From Ylistrum balloti (lineage: Eukaryota): a DNA stretch of 64,000 nt. Below are positions 39,656 to 53,660 of the stretch, piece after piece. The notes under the pieces were generated by a model that searched no databases, had not been told where the DNA came from, and saw only the letters and a program-made list of their open reading frames with translations. Position 1 is the stretch's first letter; every line of letters starts with the position of its first letter. The translations under genes and the position numbers were made by a program. The DNA is taken from the NCBI RefSeq assembly GCF_031769215.1, contig NW_026781869.1:558001-622000 (forward strand), given 5' to 3'.

Positions 39656-42049
39656 AAAAGAGTTACATAAGTGTTTAATTAAGCGTGGCACGCAGGTTAA
39701 GATAAACTTCGGGACTAACAAAACACCATAGCAATTACAAACTAGAAAGTTTTAACAAATACACGCAAAATACTACGGGTCAGCATGGAGACTCAAAATC
39801 CTCAAAATGTTTCCTACAAAAAGTTTTATTCTTATCACTACTGATCTATACAAAGTTTGAAGAATTCATCAGAGATGAGACATTCAATATTCCTCGTATT
39901 TAAAAGTTCCGCAAGAAAAGAAAATTGTTAATTCTTTTATACATTTTTCGAACCTCCTTTTAACGCACATTAGACTATTTTTGTAAAACGAAGGATGCAA
40001 ATACAACATTTTCACATGGAAATATACAATTACATTATGGAAACTCAGAATAAATGTACTCAAGTCACTAAAGATAAGTATTGTTTCAAACTAAATATCC
40101 AGTTCTCTTTTTCTCACGACCAAAGATACTTACCATTATCGGGCAAACCTTCTACTATTCAAATATGCCATCCTTGTGACCTTTTCACCAAAACCTCGAA
40201 AATATGGAAAAATGGAAAGATTGTTTGTGCCTGTGGTATGATGTTGGTGTCGTCGTCGTTACTGCTGCTTACTTCAAATTACAGTATTACACATTTCACA
40301 ATCATTCTATATGATGATCTGCCGTAACCTTAAACCCGATTCGTTATTACATTAGTACAAATAGTTATATTCGTCTCCGACATATTCAGGACAAAAACCT
40401 CTCCTGAAATCACACGCGTTCATTGTACATCACATATGTATGGAATCAATGCTTGTATTTCAATATGATATAATTGTCCTCGTATTGAGAACGTCATCGA
40501 CACTAACTGTGTTAATAAGTGTATTATTAATCAATAACAAGTGGTTCTTTGTGTTTTTTACTTTCGCTTTTAAGAATTTATATTTCAATTTAGTTTTATG
40601 TGTGATTTTTATATGACCCGGATTTGTGAAAAATGAAAGATATAATCAAATTCATTAGCAACTGTGCCACACTGTTGTATTTTTTATTATATATAGTTCG
40701 TAAATTAATATGTCTAAATTTACTCGTGCATTCTTCGAAATCATTACATTTTGATAGTAAAAGCCTTTAAGATTAAAGATATTTATCTGTAACTTATTGT
40801 CAGTATATATGTGAACTGTGATCACTTGGATGAAACTATACGGTATTTAACATTCATACCAGCATGAAAACTATCTCAAAACATATAATCGATCTTTTTG
40901 TCTGTCTTGTTTGTTTGTTTATTTCTTCCTTTCTTTCTTGAATTTCTGCTCCCTTTCTGAAATATTTCGATTAAAGGTCAATACATATTAAGTGGATATA
41001 TTAACGCTGTCCTATCGTGTTGGACATTCGTCCAATGAAGAGCTTGTCTAAGTTGAAATAACGTATGTCCAAGCCCTGATGTCATTAACTCTTAACGCAA
41101 TAAAACAAATCACACACTTTTTATAAGATTTAGATATTAAAACAAATTAATTAGTTCATTATGGTTGGTGACAAGTAAAATACAACAAAATTAGATGTAT
41201 CGATATCATAACGCTTTGATTCTAGTACTGAATGCTTCATTACAAAAACGCTTTTGAGATTTTAATTTGTGTTATCTTCTTATGAAAATGTATACATGAG
41301 ATTTTATTTAAATAGTTAAGTTATAATCCTTAAATTAGCAGAGAATTTAGCTTATACAAGCATGACTGTAGATTTCAACAGCAAGAAGAACTGCGTATAT
41401 ATGTACGTTATATTTGCATCTTAGATTCTGTTTTGACCTGACGGAGGAAGCCAAATGAATCAATTGACTTTCATTTTCAGGAACATCATAAACCTACATT
41501 TCAAATAAATAATCTAAAAGTTACATTTTGAGTAGACAAGAATATATATTACGGACAACATGATTATCCTGGATACAATTGCGTCATCCAAATATTGATA
41601 ATTTTGTTACACAATCCGCCGGAATCACAGCATTAACAGTCAACCGTCTATACAAATTTTTCACCATTTAAAAGATAGAAAATATCTACTTACGTTTACA
41701 ATTCACAATGTGAAGAAAAGTCCATGATTTGCTAAGAAGACGTTTACCGTCTCTTAACAAATTGGACGGAATCTTAGGGAGCAGAATCAAATAGATAATC
41801 CAACAAAAAGATAAAGAAATGGTGTTAAGACAATAATATGTTCAGATAAATTTATGGTCTGTAAATTAGCCTTAGTCAGAGATTACTGTCAGGGCGGTAG
41901 CACGTGGCCGGCAAACCGCAAACTGATTGTCAATAGTGTGCCGGTATCTCGTAAACAAATATCAGTCCATTTACCCGAGTCAGTAGTCATTTATTGGGTT
42001 GAAACAGCGCTGTACAAAGCGTTATGTCTTTTCTAACCAGTCAAAGTGT

Positions 42050-42250
42050 TACTGACACCAAAGGGCGTGTTCAATAGCAGAGAGTTTAACGCCTACTGCT
42101 GTTAAGATATCACGCCGTTTACAATACTTCACCAATTAAAACCGCTTTTACAAAAGAGGGGGCGGAGCTTACATGCGTCTCTGGAAATGATTGGCGGTTG
42201 ACGCTGCTTATGACATCATTACACTACAGATTCTGTAGGGCGTGAGTTTA
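42050..42250 (+). promoter_or_regulatory. Candidate proximal promoter of SoxB2
   Basis: Cluster of CCAAT (42132), GC box GGGGGCGGAG (42158-42167), reverse CCAAT (ATTGG 42190) and CRE/AP-1-like TGACATCA (42211), about 350-500 nt upstream of the ATG. Confidence 0.45.
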
Positions 42251-42583
42251 GGTCGATAGAATGTAATTTAAGCTTTTGAAGTTAAAAATCCGAGTAGTTT
42301 GCTTGTCCTTGTGTATGGATCAGGTCGTTTATAGCAGGTGATTCTCATATTGAAACCGGAATACAACTGATGTCTGTCATTATTACAGACTGTGAAATAC
42401 TTGTTTGAACGTTTGCTGTGTGTGACATTTTCCTTGGACTCCTTGAAAAAGTCGGTGTTGAATGTTTACATTCTGTGGTAAACTGCATTATTTACCAACA
42501 ACACGTGGATGATTACAGGTGAAAAACCGCATCCAGGTAAATATTTTTATCGGCGTAAGGTGAGTTAAACAGCATCGGACATA

Positions 42584-43387
42584 ATGAGCACTAGTGGTGA
42601 AATGAGCCCACAAGACCTGTCGCCATCAGGTGGAGGAGGAAGTATTGACATAAACATGGAAAATAATAAACATCTAAACAATGACCACGTGAAAAGACCG
42701 ATGAATGCTTTTATGGTGTGGTCAAGAGGCCAAAGACGAAAAATGGCACAAGAAAATCCCAAAATGCACAACTCTGAAATCAGTAAGCGGTTAGGAGCGG
42801 AATGGAAACTACTCTCCGAGGAGGACAAACGGCCATTTATTGATGAAGCCAAACGATTACGGGCTCTTCATATGAAGGAACATCCAGAATACAAATATAG
42901 ACCCAGAAGGAAACCAAAATCCCTTCTTAAAAAGGACAAATACGCTTTCCCAATTCCGATGTTAGGAGGCTTTGGGCCGTCTCTAGGGACCATGCCTCCG
43001 GGTTTCGGACCCATGACAAGCCAAGCAGAGGGAATGATGGGGAGCGCAGCTTCGTTTAGTTTAAGTGAAAAAATGAGAGCATTTCTACCACCTTCGTCAA
43101 CACATGGATTTTATCCTCATCTTGATAGTGCAGGAAAGTTGGACAGTTCTTCAATAGGTGCACTTCGTTCTCAAGAATTACCCAGTATGTATGGTTCGCC
43201 CTATCTTCCTTCTCACTCCTCGGCATCAGCCTTGAGTGGACTACCCCCGGCCGCACATTCTCACCCTGGACAGTATCTGGTGCCCTGTTGTCCCCCGGGC
43301 TACTTACCCTCGCAGGACGTACATAGACCAGTTGCTTATGTATTAGTGAAACCAGAAGATCACTATCGGCACCCAGCTGTGATGTAA
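42584..43387 (+). CDS. SoxB2: SoxB2-group HMG-box transcription factor (Sox14/Sox21-like), single exon, 267 aa
   Basis: Canonical SoxB HMG box [43 protein letters not shown]...YKYRPRR. It is followed by the group-B homology segment [14 protein letters not shown], whose KPK and AFP residues resemble Sox14/Sox21 rather than the KTK/TLPG of SoxB1. The C-terminus has an [10 protein letters not shown] motif and the gene is intronless. Confidence 0.95.
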   Translation: MSTSGEMSPQDLSPSGGGGSIDINMENNKHLNNDHVKRPMNAFMVWSRGQRRKMAQENPKMHNSEISKRLGAEWKLLSEEDKRPFIDEAKRLRALHMKEHPEYKYRPRRKPKSLLKKDKYAFPIPMLGGFGPSLGTMPPGFGPMTSQAEGMMGSAASFSLSEKMRAFLPPSSTHGFYPHLDSAGKLDSSSIGALRSQELPSMYGSPYLPSHSSASALSGLPPAAHSHPGQYLVPCCPPGYLPSQDVHRPVAYVLVKPEDHYRHPAVM

Positions 43388-44676
43388 ATTTCACCCGGAA
43401 AACCTGAGGAAGCTTAATTAATACTGGTCTACGTGATACAGGCCCGTACCGCTGGACGTTTGACGGACAATCACGTGACCTTCTGAACGGTACAATCAGA
43501 GGTATCAACTTAGATCCTTTCAGCTAAGTTATCACCAGTAATACTCTCTGTCGATGTTGGTTCGGACAATTCTGCACGCGACCGTGCAAAAACACGTGCA
43601 GTGGAAACCTGTATTTGGTGGTCATGAAACTCTGATTTTAAAAATGTCGGTCCTGGACCACACTCAGCTGGAATATGAGGAAATGGTCGGAAAACATCAA
43701 TGTTCCGATCGGAAACGGACGACTGGACTGCCGTAAGTAAAGCCTGAACCGGATTTGTGTATGGTGCTAAAATTGGGTCCTGTGCTAATATGGGTTGCTG
43801 TACGGTGCCCGTTTGTGTTCAAAGACCCAGCAAGACTCTTTTAACACGTATACAAGAAAACGTACAACTCAGCACATGAAAATAGAAACAGAGACTGCTT
43901 TATTCAATTATATGTGTTCAGTCATCAATATCGATCAGTTAATATTGATTATGTTAGAAAATCAATATTTACTTTGATCAGAAAATGAATAGACTTAGTC
44001 TATTGAATTGATTAATGATCTCTTTTGAAAAACATAATTGTATTTTGTCATGTTATTTATTTTTCATGATATTCGTGTCATAAAAACTTATTTAAGGACA
44101 AAATGTGATGGAAAAATGATAGAATTATTTTATCGTGTTCAATAGTGCTAACAGGTAGGTTTTGATACGTTATCCGCAAACAGTTAAAAAGTATGTACAT
44201 AAGTTCATGTTAATTTCAGCCGTGACTCAAATATTTGATACAACCCGTCTTTATCTGTTGATGATAAATATTTCCTCGATTTTTTTTCTGATTCAGAAAT
44301 ATGATACACTAGGTCGTGTCATTGTGTATAGGAGCTCTATGTCGGTATGTCACGTGTCTTAAATCTAACAAAAAAAGGAATCATTTGCGAACATCTGTTT
44401 TTTGTGTAACAAGATGCTAAATGAAAGAAAATTGAATATACCAGTTGCTGAAAAACTTCCGTGATGAAGGATCATCATGCCTATGAAAATGAATTTGTTG
44501 ATGGCTCTATAGACATAGTGCAGAGGGAAAAGTAGATTATTAATTTCGTAATCTGTACTAACTTATAAGATATAAACTAAATTCAATTCAGATCAACTAA
44601 AAATCCCACATCGGTGTATTATGGAATGTTTCAATCTTATGTAATTATTTTAGCAGACAATCTTGTAGTGATTTGA

Positions 44677-44682
44677 AATAAA
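44677..44682 (+). terminator. Candidate polyadenylation signal of SoxB2 (AU-rich 3' UTR ~1.3 kb)
   Basis: First AATAAA I could find downstream of the stop codon. Confidence 0.35.
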
Positions 44683-46539
44683 ACTTCTGATATTTTCTCT
44701 GAAAATTAATAATCGGGGTCGTCACATTATCAAAGCGAAATAATTTTTTTTATTTTTCAAAACACGGCTTTCCGTAAAGAAATTTGTTGTAGTCTGTGTT
44801 TACCAATATCTTTTAGTAAAATGAGTTGGTGTTTTATCTGAGCATTTCAAAATATGTAATATATATTTTTAAAATTTGCAAATTTACCTACTGTCATGAA
44901 AAACGAAATGCTTTTGAAATATCAGTTGTGTTTTTAATTTTCAATAGATTTTGAACGCCCCATGTAATTAATTCGATTATCTTCATGTAATATGAGAAAA
45001 TGATACAGATATTTACATTGAGAGAACAGACCAAAAATTATATAGGTGTTCCCGAAAACACGTCTAGGGGTGAAATGACTGGCGGCAATCGACATGTTGT
45101 TGATTTCACTGGCAGGACAGCTGGGAAAATAATAGGGATCAATTTCTGTCACAGATTACAATCACACGTTTTGTCGTTTTGTATTGCTATTGAAATGGAT
45201 CACTAAAGGGGTCAACAGTATTTGTTTTAAAAAAGCCCCCTAGGAAATCAACAACGTTTAGAGATTTATGCTAGGCCTTACAAAACAATATGTATGTTAT
45301 ATCTAATCTTTCAGATTATTTTCACTGATAAATAAACACAATTTATTGTTCATTATTGTCTATTCTGTTAGATGATTTATCGATAAAAAAGTAACATCAT
45401 GTGACATTGAATGACTATGTCATTTTCTTGATACTCAAACGGAGGTGACCAAGGCAGATATCATATCAACCTTATAATAGAAAAGAAAACTATGTAAGAC
45501 CAGATGACTTTTTTAAACTTACCAACTGATACACGAAAAAAAAATCATGAAATTTACAAGTGGATAATTTTCTAATCAGGTTTGCATCTTTAACTTCCCA
45601 CGTGATGCAGGGAAGTTTAACTGTACGTTGGTTTGTTCTTGCTAGAAATGATATTGAGACTAAGATCTACAATTTTTGATAACACGTGATCAATTAGTTT
45701 TAAACCATGAAGAGTCTACAAAAGTACTGGACATTGTTTCAGAATAGAGACAAAAACTTAAATGCAATAGTTGTAAGATATAAAGACACTTAAATATAAG
45801 TTGCATTTTTTCAGAATATTTAGGATTGGAATTTTGGCGGAAGAAAAACATTTTTGTTTCAAATCAAATAATTATGTATGAGAGTATTTGTTAAATAGAG
45901 ACCTTTGTTTAAGATAATAGTACTTCATCAGACAGATGACACACTGTTGTAAAGGAGAGACTCGAAGATGCCGGTAGCATCAAAGACTGAAAAAGTATTT
46001 CTCTATGCTAATTTTATATGTTGTTAAAATGTTCCTATGTAGTTTGCATATGTTAAAATTTGTATCTATGTTTCTTTTCAGTTAACTTTTAAGCGATTTT
46101 ACATCCCTTTTCATTTTGATAATGGAAATATATGGTTATCATCTTAATAAAAATGAAAAAAAAAACACTGTTTCCTTGTTGTGTAATATTTTCAAGAGAA
46201 GAATAGGTAATGTATTTCTGGAATTCTCTCTTTCATATGCATCTACAGAAATAGAAAAGGATTCATGAATAATTAATATTCCATTATCGGTGTAGAAAGA
46301 CAAGACTCGTGAAATAGAGATAAAGATTTGGATTACAATGCTAGGCTGATGATAAAATGTAAAGATTTATGAATTTTTAATTCCGTGAAATGTATGGCTA
46401 TGTTTATTGGAGTATGTTTGACCCGGTAGAAGTACAATCATCAATAAACCATTAGCAACTATGGAACCGTTTGATCATCTTCTGATAAAACTAAATCAAT
46501 GAAAAAAAAAACATCCCAGCATTTAACAAACTAGAGTGG

Positions 46540-47532
46540 ATCCTGTGTACTCTGAAATACATCATATTTACCTGTTCAGTTTAACACCTTGTGGACTTTC
46601 TTACTCGACGCCTTGTAGAGCGCGAATATTCTCTACAGAAATTGTCCTATCTGACACCTTGTCGTCCTAAAATATAGTTAGTACTTATCTGTCCTCTTCG
46701 ACACCTTCTTAAGCGGGAATAAAGTTTTTACTTACCTGTCCGATCCACAACTTTGTTGATATAACATACATGTAGTTCTTATATTTATTTATCTTGTGGG
46801 CTAAGCTATTTCTTTATTTATCTATCTTTTCAGAGACCTTGTGGTCCTATGGTATTTTTTATATTTTCCTGCCCTCTCCAACACTTTAGATATATCTTAA
46901 ATTCACCTGTCCTATCCGACACCTTATGATCCTTATATATATCTTATATTGATCTGTCCTATTCGACACCTCGTGGTCCTTAGATCTATCGGAAGTCTAT
47001 CCGTCCTAACTGGCACCTTGTTGTCCTAACACATTTCTTATATTCATCTGTATTTTCCTAAGCTTTGTAGCGTACAGAAAGCTCACATCTAGCTGTCCTA
47101 TCCGTTAACTTGTGACCCTAACTTAAGATATTTCTTATATTTACCTGTCCCCTCCAGGACCTTGTTGGACTAAGCTTTATCGTATATCTGTCTGTCCTAT
47201 CCGACACCTCGTGGTCCTTATATATATATATATATCTTTTATTGACCTGTGCTATTCGACACCTTGTGGTCCTTATATATATATATATATATCTTATATT
47301 GACCTGTGCTATTCGACACCTTACGGTCCTTATATATATCTTATATTGACCTGTGCTATCCGACACCTCGTGGTCCTAAGATATATCTTATATTGACCTG
47401 TCCTATCCGACACCCCGTGGTCCTTATATATATCTTATATTGACCTGTGCTATCCGACACCTAAGATATATCGTGGACACCCCGTGGTCCTAAGATATAT
47501 CTTATATTGACCTGTGCTATCCGACACCTTAC

Positions 47533-47567
<35 letters not shown>

Positions 47568-48030
47568 GTCCTTCCGACACCTCGTGGTCCTAAGATATAT
47601 CATTGACCTGTGCTATCCGACACCTCGTGGTCTAAGATATATCTTATATATATATATATATATATATATCTTATATTGACCTGTCCTATCCGACACCCCG
47701 TGGTCCTAAGATATATCTTATATTGACCTGTCCTATCCGATACCTCGTGGTCCTAAGATATATCTTATATTGACCTGTGCTATCCGACACCTCGTGGTCC
47801 TAAGATATATCTTATATTGACCTGTCCTATCCGACACCTCGTGGTCCTAAGATATATCTTATATTGACCTGTGCTATCCGACACCTCGTGGTCCTAAGAT
47901 ATATCTTATATTGACCTGTGCTATCCGACACCTCGTGGTCCTAAGATATATCTTATATTGACCTGTCCTATCCGACACCTCGTGGTCCTAAGATATATCC
48001 TATATTAACCTGTCCTATCCGACACTTTAT
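46540..48030. repeat. 47-bp minisatellite (tatcttatattgacctgtcctatccgacacctcgtggtcctaagata)n; homogeneous core ~47180-48030, degenerate copies upstream
   Basis: Period 47 measured from unit starts at 47761 and 47808. (TA)n expansions interrupt several units. Confidence 0.92.
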
Positions 48031-49361
48031 GGCAAAGCATGTGATTAGAGAAGATTATCTATGTACGCCGAATTTTTATGATTTCTTATCATAGGTCATA
48101 GAATAGATGACGAATTAGTGAATTGTCGAACAGACAGTATAATGAAACACGAAGGGGAGTTTCATTTCATAACCTACCTAATCATCGATATGACATTTTT
48201 GTCTGTTCTGTCATTTTTATGCTAAATTAAAATTGCACTTAAATTAGACAGTTTAAACTTCCTTCATCAAAACAGTATGTTTTGTTGGAAAATAATATAT
48301 TGAGTGTAACAAAGAGTTAATGTTATTGTTAATTATTCACACCGATCACTAACGGATTATCGTTTATCCTATCAATGCTGTCCGGATATGTCCGGATTAC
48401 ACGAAATATACGGAATATCGAGTCGTTTATTTGTGTATAGAAAATCCCTATGATCGAATCTTCTCGACATCGGAATAGTTAAGTATATGTCTGGATTCCG
48501 TCTTACATAGAACTGAGGTTTCAAAGATACATTTTATGAAGGTTTCAGATTTAAGACGTGTTCTTTGTATAAGATTCTTTCTTTTAAAAAATGCAGTTAT
48601 CTGACGTTTATATCGAAATGATTCGCTCATTGATTCCTGCAAAAATCACCTCTTTTTAGGTGTTCGGGAAAGGAAGGGTCTCATTTTATTACTACAGATG
48701 AAATTTACGTATTTACTAACTAAATTTCATTCCATTTTTTTTTACATCATTTATCTTCACTTAATTGTACTATTATACGTATTCGTGGATAAAGTTTACA
48801 CCCAAAATTAACCAAAATAAAACGAAATTTACGATTTACAGTTGTTTTAAGAGCACTTAATATTATATATATAACTGCTCTCTTTACATTTATTTATTTG
48901 AACATTTCCTTGATAATATTTCAGAAATACATTTCAGTTTTCATCTATTTATCATAACGAATGATTGCAGATTATGAAACCATTTTGGATTTAGAAATAT
49001 GTTATTGCGAAAAAATATCCTAGATTTTAATTTTCAAAATTCATGCTTATGTTACGTTTGTATTCGTGGATATAATACTAAGAAATTAGTAAGTAATCGA
49101 TTGTTTGTATTAATATAATATCATAAATAATATCTTAAAAGGAAAAAAAACTAGTATGTGTTAAGCAGAAGCGTTATCATTTTTACACTGAAGATACTAA
49201 TATTTTGTCATTCGATAATTTCATATATTGTAAAGTTAATTGTGTCATGAAATTGCTTCATGTTATTACATGAGTTTTGAAATAAAAGCTACTGTTGGCA
49301 TTATCTCGGAAATAAAGACTTAGAAATGAAATAAATGTTTAAAAATTCTGGTTATAATAAT

Positions 49362-49900
49362 TGTAACGATAAAATAAGACGAGAATGCAGTAAACACGTG
49401 TTTTACTCGTGGTTTCTATAAAAGAGTACGGTGTTTAATTAAGACGGAGAACCAGCCCTTCTGATACATGGCTATCACTGTGCTGTCTCTCTTCACGAGT
49501 CTCGCGGGACCTAGCATCCGATGATCCGTACTTTTACACCACGGTCCTTATCACGGGTTCCTTTCCAGTTGGATACAGCCTCACACCGAGCTGATCACAG
49601 ATGGATCTCCGACAGGCCGCTTCATCAGCCTTTCTCAGCAGCAGCAGCAGCAACAGTAAATCTGTTCCCGTCATTGATTATACTATAGCGGTGATATTCT
49701 GGTTAATATCTTCCAGCGGATATATAGAGATGCCTATTCGATAAGAATTAATGATTTGTATCAATGGGTTTAATGTATTTTACACATGTAATATGAGTAA
49801 ACAATTACATGTAAACATGTAATTAATGAAGATATTGTATCTAAACCTGTATTGAATAAACATATTGTGCTGACATAAACTAAAACTCACATAAGTGACA
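49362..49900 (+). mobile_element. Possible solo LTR-like island
   Basis: Starts TGTAAC and ends GTGACA, with TATAAAAG at ~49417, a GC-richer body and AATAAA at ~49855. No target-site duplication was found. Confidence 0.3.
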
Positions 49901-50109
49901 TCGTACAAAGCATGCAGCTAGAGATAAATTATAAGTGTGTGGTCGAACTTTTTTCTCAATTGGAAGACAAAAAAAAAACTTAACACTGTGAAACCTTTGT
50001 CCAAGCGTCTTTACTTCTCAACAATCGAATGAGATTGACAATAATCTTTATTTATTTATCCATTTATTAATCTGTTTATCGCATCCTAAGTCACAAATAA
50101 CGAAATATA

Positions 50110-51790
50110 GGTAATAGAAGGGGCTGTGACCACCATCATCGACACTATACCCCGAGAGGGAGTCATACCCCGGGAGGGAGTCAATAGGAGGGATTGTGAC
50201 TCACAACATCGACATCGAGAGGAAGTCAATAGGAGGGATTGTGACTCACAACATCGACATCATTCCCCGGGAGGAAGTCAATAAGAGTGATTGTGACTCA
50301 CAAGATCGACATCATACCTCGTGATGTAGACAATAGGAGGTATTGTTACTCACAACATCGACATCATACCTCGGAAAGAGTCAATATGAGGGATTGTGAC
50401 TCACAACATCGACATCATACCACGGGATGGAGTCAATAGAGGGCATTGAGACTCACAACATCGACATCATACCCCAGGAGGTAGTCAAAAGAAGGAATTT
50501 TGACTCACAACATCGACCTCACACCCAAGGAGGGATTGTGACTCACAACATCGACATCATACCCCAGGAGGTAGTCAAAAGAAGGAATTGTGACTCACAA
50601 CATCGACCTCACACCCAAGGAGGGATTGTGACTCACAACATCGACATCATACCCCGGGATGGAGTCAAAAGGAGGTATTGTGACTCACAACATCGACATC
50701 ATACCCCGGGAGAGAGTCAATAGGAGGTTTTGTGACTCACAACATCGACATCATACCCCGGGATGGAGTCAATAGGAGGTATTGTGACTCACAACATCGA
50801 CATCATACCACGGGAGGGAGTCAAAAGGAGGGATTGTGTCTCACAAGATCGACATCATACCTCGGGAAGGAGTCAAAAGGAGGTTTTGTGACTCACAACA
50901 TTGACATCATACCCCGGGATGGAGTCAATAGGAGGGATTGTTGCCCACACTTTAGAATATATACCGCAGTATGCAGTTACTAGTGAGTACAAAGGGTTGT
51001 AACCCCCACCCTAGAGACACCATACCCCTTGATGTAGTCAATAGGAGGGGCTCTGACTCACACTTTAGAATATATACCACATTATGTAGTGACTAGTGAG
51101 TACAAAGGGTTGTAACCCCTACCCTATAGACATCATACCCCGAGAGTTAGTCAATAGGAGGGGCTCTGACTCACACTTTAGAATATATACCACAGTATGT
51201 AGTGACTAGTGAGTACAAAGGGTTGTAACCCCTACCCTATAGACATCATACCCCGAGAGTTAGTCAATAGGAGGGGCTCTGACTCACACTTTAGAATATA
51301 TACCACAGTATGTAGTGACTAATGAGTACAAAGGGTTGTAACCCCCACTCTATAGACATCATACCCCGAGAGTTAGTCAATAGGAGGGGCTCTGACTCAC
51401 ACTTTAGAATATATACCGCAGTATGTAGTGACTAATGAGTACAAAGGGTTGTAACCCCCACTCTATAGACATCATACCCCGAGAGTTAGTCAATAGGAGG
51501 GGCTCTGACTCACACTTTAGAATATATACCGCAGTATGTAGTGACTAATGAGTACAAAGGGTTGTAACCCCCACTCTATAGACATCATACCCCGAGAGTT
51601 AGTCAATAGGAGGGGCTCTGACTCACACTTTAGAATATATACCGCAGTATGTAGTGACTAATGAGTACAAAGGGTTGTAACCCCCACTCTATAGACATCA
51701 TACCCCTTGATGTAGTCAATAGGAGGGGCTATGACTCATACTTTAAAATATATACCGCAGTATATTAGCCAGTAGAAGGGGTTGTGACCT
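50110..51790. repeat. Composite tandem array: 52-bp monomers (~50110-50923) followed by seven 113-bp higher-order units (50924-51714) and a partial unit
   Basis: Monomer gtcaataggagggattgtgactcacaacatcgacatcataccccgggatgga. The 113-bp units start at 50924, 51037, 51150, 51263, 51376, 51489, 51602 and 51715. Confidence 0.95.
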
Positions 51791-52889
51791 ATTCCCGATG
51801 AACCGAAGGTCTTAATACTCGCCTTATACAGTATTCTTTTATATACTTTGTTTCAGTTTCTATTTTGTATCACAACAAAGATATCGAGACTCATCACAGA
51901 GATAGTTTCTATGTATTACGTCATCTACAGGTAATCCGATGCTGTGTAGGTGTGGTAGCACGGACAACATCGAAGGCAGGTTTGCAACATGTATTCATGT
52001 AATATTTATATCTCTATACGGCAAATATTGAGCATGTATCGAACTGCATATTTCTATGTTCATGCTCGTATGAATGTCAGAAGGTCACTTTTATATTCAT
52101 TGCAAATGACACACAAAAGATTTACACCATCTGAAAACGAAACAGGACAAATTCATCTAAATGTTTGCTTTTAACATGAACAAGCGAAGGAAAAGAGAAG
52201 TGTCAAAATGACTCTGATTTCATCGCGATCAAATGATTAAGGGCATAGTTTCAAATGTATGGAAAATTGGTTCTGGCAGCAGATTTTCTCTTTCGTTTCT
52301 GAATAAGAATTTCCTTCCATATTCTAGTACCCATATGCAGAATCTTCTTTCCCTGTTGAAGCAACACTCATCTCATAAAAACGGTTAACCTGACAAAATC
52401 TTTAACAGTTTACCCGTCTTGTCTGTCATATTGTTGGACAGATACAATGCCTAATCAGACAATCTGTTGGACTGGAATCTTAGACAAAGAAAAGGGATCA
52501 GAAAAGTAATGAAAGAAAAGAAAAAAAACATACATTCTGTATGCTGAGATTTAGTTCGAAAGAAGAAGATTCACACTTAAGACGTGGACAATAAATGACC
52601 ACAATGCAGTGAAATTAATCGAAAATGTCAAAATTCGAAACTCGAGCCGCTGTATTCTGAGATGTGACAAAAGGAGCCTATTGATAAATACTGGAAAAGA
52701 GATCAATAAGACAAACGAGTTAGAGAATGAATAAAAATCATAAACGTTTTTATTCTCTTGCAAGTCCTGCAAAAATGAATATTTATTTTAACAATATATT
52801 GACCCATGAAAATATAAATTCGTGGATTAAGAATGTCCCCATATCAACAGAAATAAACACTCCACAAAAATTACGGTTTAAAATTACAC

Positions 52890-53660
52890 AGTAACCCGTC
52901 TCCATCACTACCCCGACATGCCGTCGCCATGGTAAGTCAGACAGACAGTGGACTAAAAGATCACGTGACCGATGGATGAATTATTGAAATTCCTTCGATC
53001 AACGGAAATTATTGATAAAATAATCAGGGAATTCCGGAAGACAACACGGATTTTTATTTCCTATTGGACTTATTATCCATGTCTGTCTAAACACATTTAC
53101 ATAATCGTGCAATATTTCATACACAATTTATGAAAAATGGCACATTCACTTTGTTAACTGTTGAAGAGAGATGACGCTTATGAAATAAACGGAAGCCTCG
53201 AGAAGTATACTTGAATCTAAGATAATGAAAGAGATGTTCCGATCGGAAGGACATTGTGTTTGTTTAAGACAAATAAAAAAGCAGTAAAACACAATAAAAA
53301 CGATTAAGACAGAACAAGAAAAGAGGCAAACATGTCTGTGTGGACATAAGTGTTTAATGTATTACACAATCAATAAATAATTGTGTTTGAGTCGACAGAA
53401 AACACTTGTGATGCAGTTAATAGGAACAAAACTCGGGCCAGCCCAGTAATAACAGCTTAAGGAGGCCGTGGTATTGTTCCTATAGTCTCCGGCAATGAAT
53501 TACTGTTATAATTCACACTAAACGGGCAAAATACCGACAGTCGAGTGTCAGCGGAGGGGGAGCACTCGAGTGTGTAGATTTTCTGTCGCCATTGGTGACA
53601 CATAGGTCATTATGACGTCATAAATTCACCATGTCGTCACTTCTAAATGAGTACAATTTT
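52890..53660. promoter_or_regulatory. Candidate distal cis-regulatory module downstream of SoxB2
   Basis: Non-repetitive, CpG-richer patch. It contains E-box TCACGTGA (~52961), inverted Sox-like cores (53364-53386), a 10-bp inverted repeat (53420/53474) and a 14-bp CRE palindrome TTATGACGTCATAA (53610-53623). Evidence is motifs only. Confidence 0.35.

Noticed and set aside
42530-42565. Donor-like sites CCAG|GTAAAT and AAG|GTGAGT just upstream of the SoxB2 ATG
   Set aside because: No matching acceptor lies before the ATG, and SoxB genes are normally intronless.
42565-43508. Antisense ORFs overlapping SoxB2 (95 aa and 150 aa)
   Set aside because: Typical shadow ORFs of a GC-richer coding strand, with no domain features.
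43988-44004. 17-bp palindrome AATAGACT-T-AGTCTATT in the SoxB2 3' UTR
   Set aside because: A single short AT-rich palindrome is expected by chance in 64 kb, and a 1-nt loop is not a stable hairpin.
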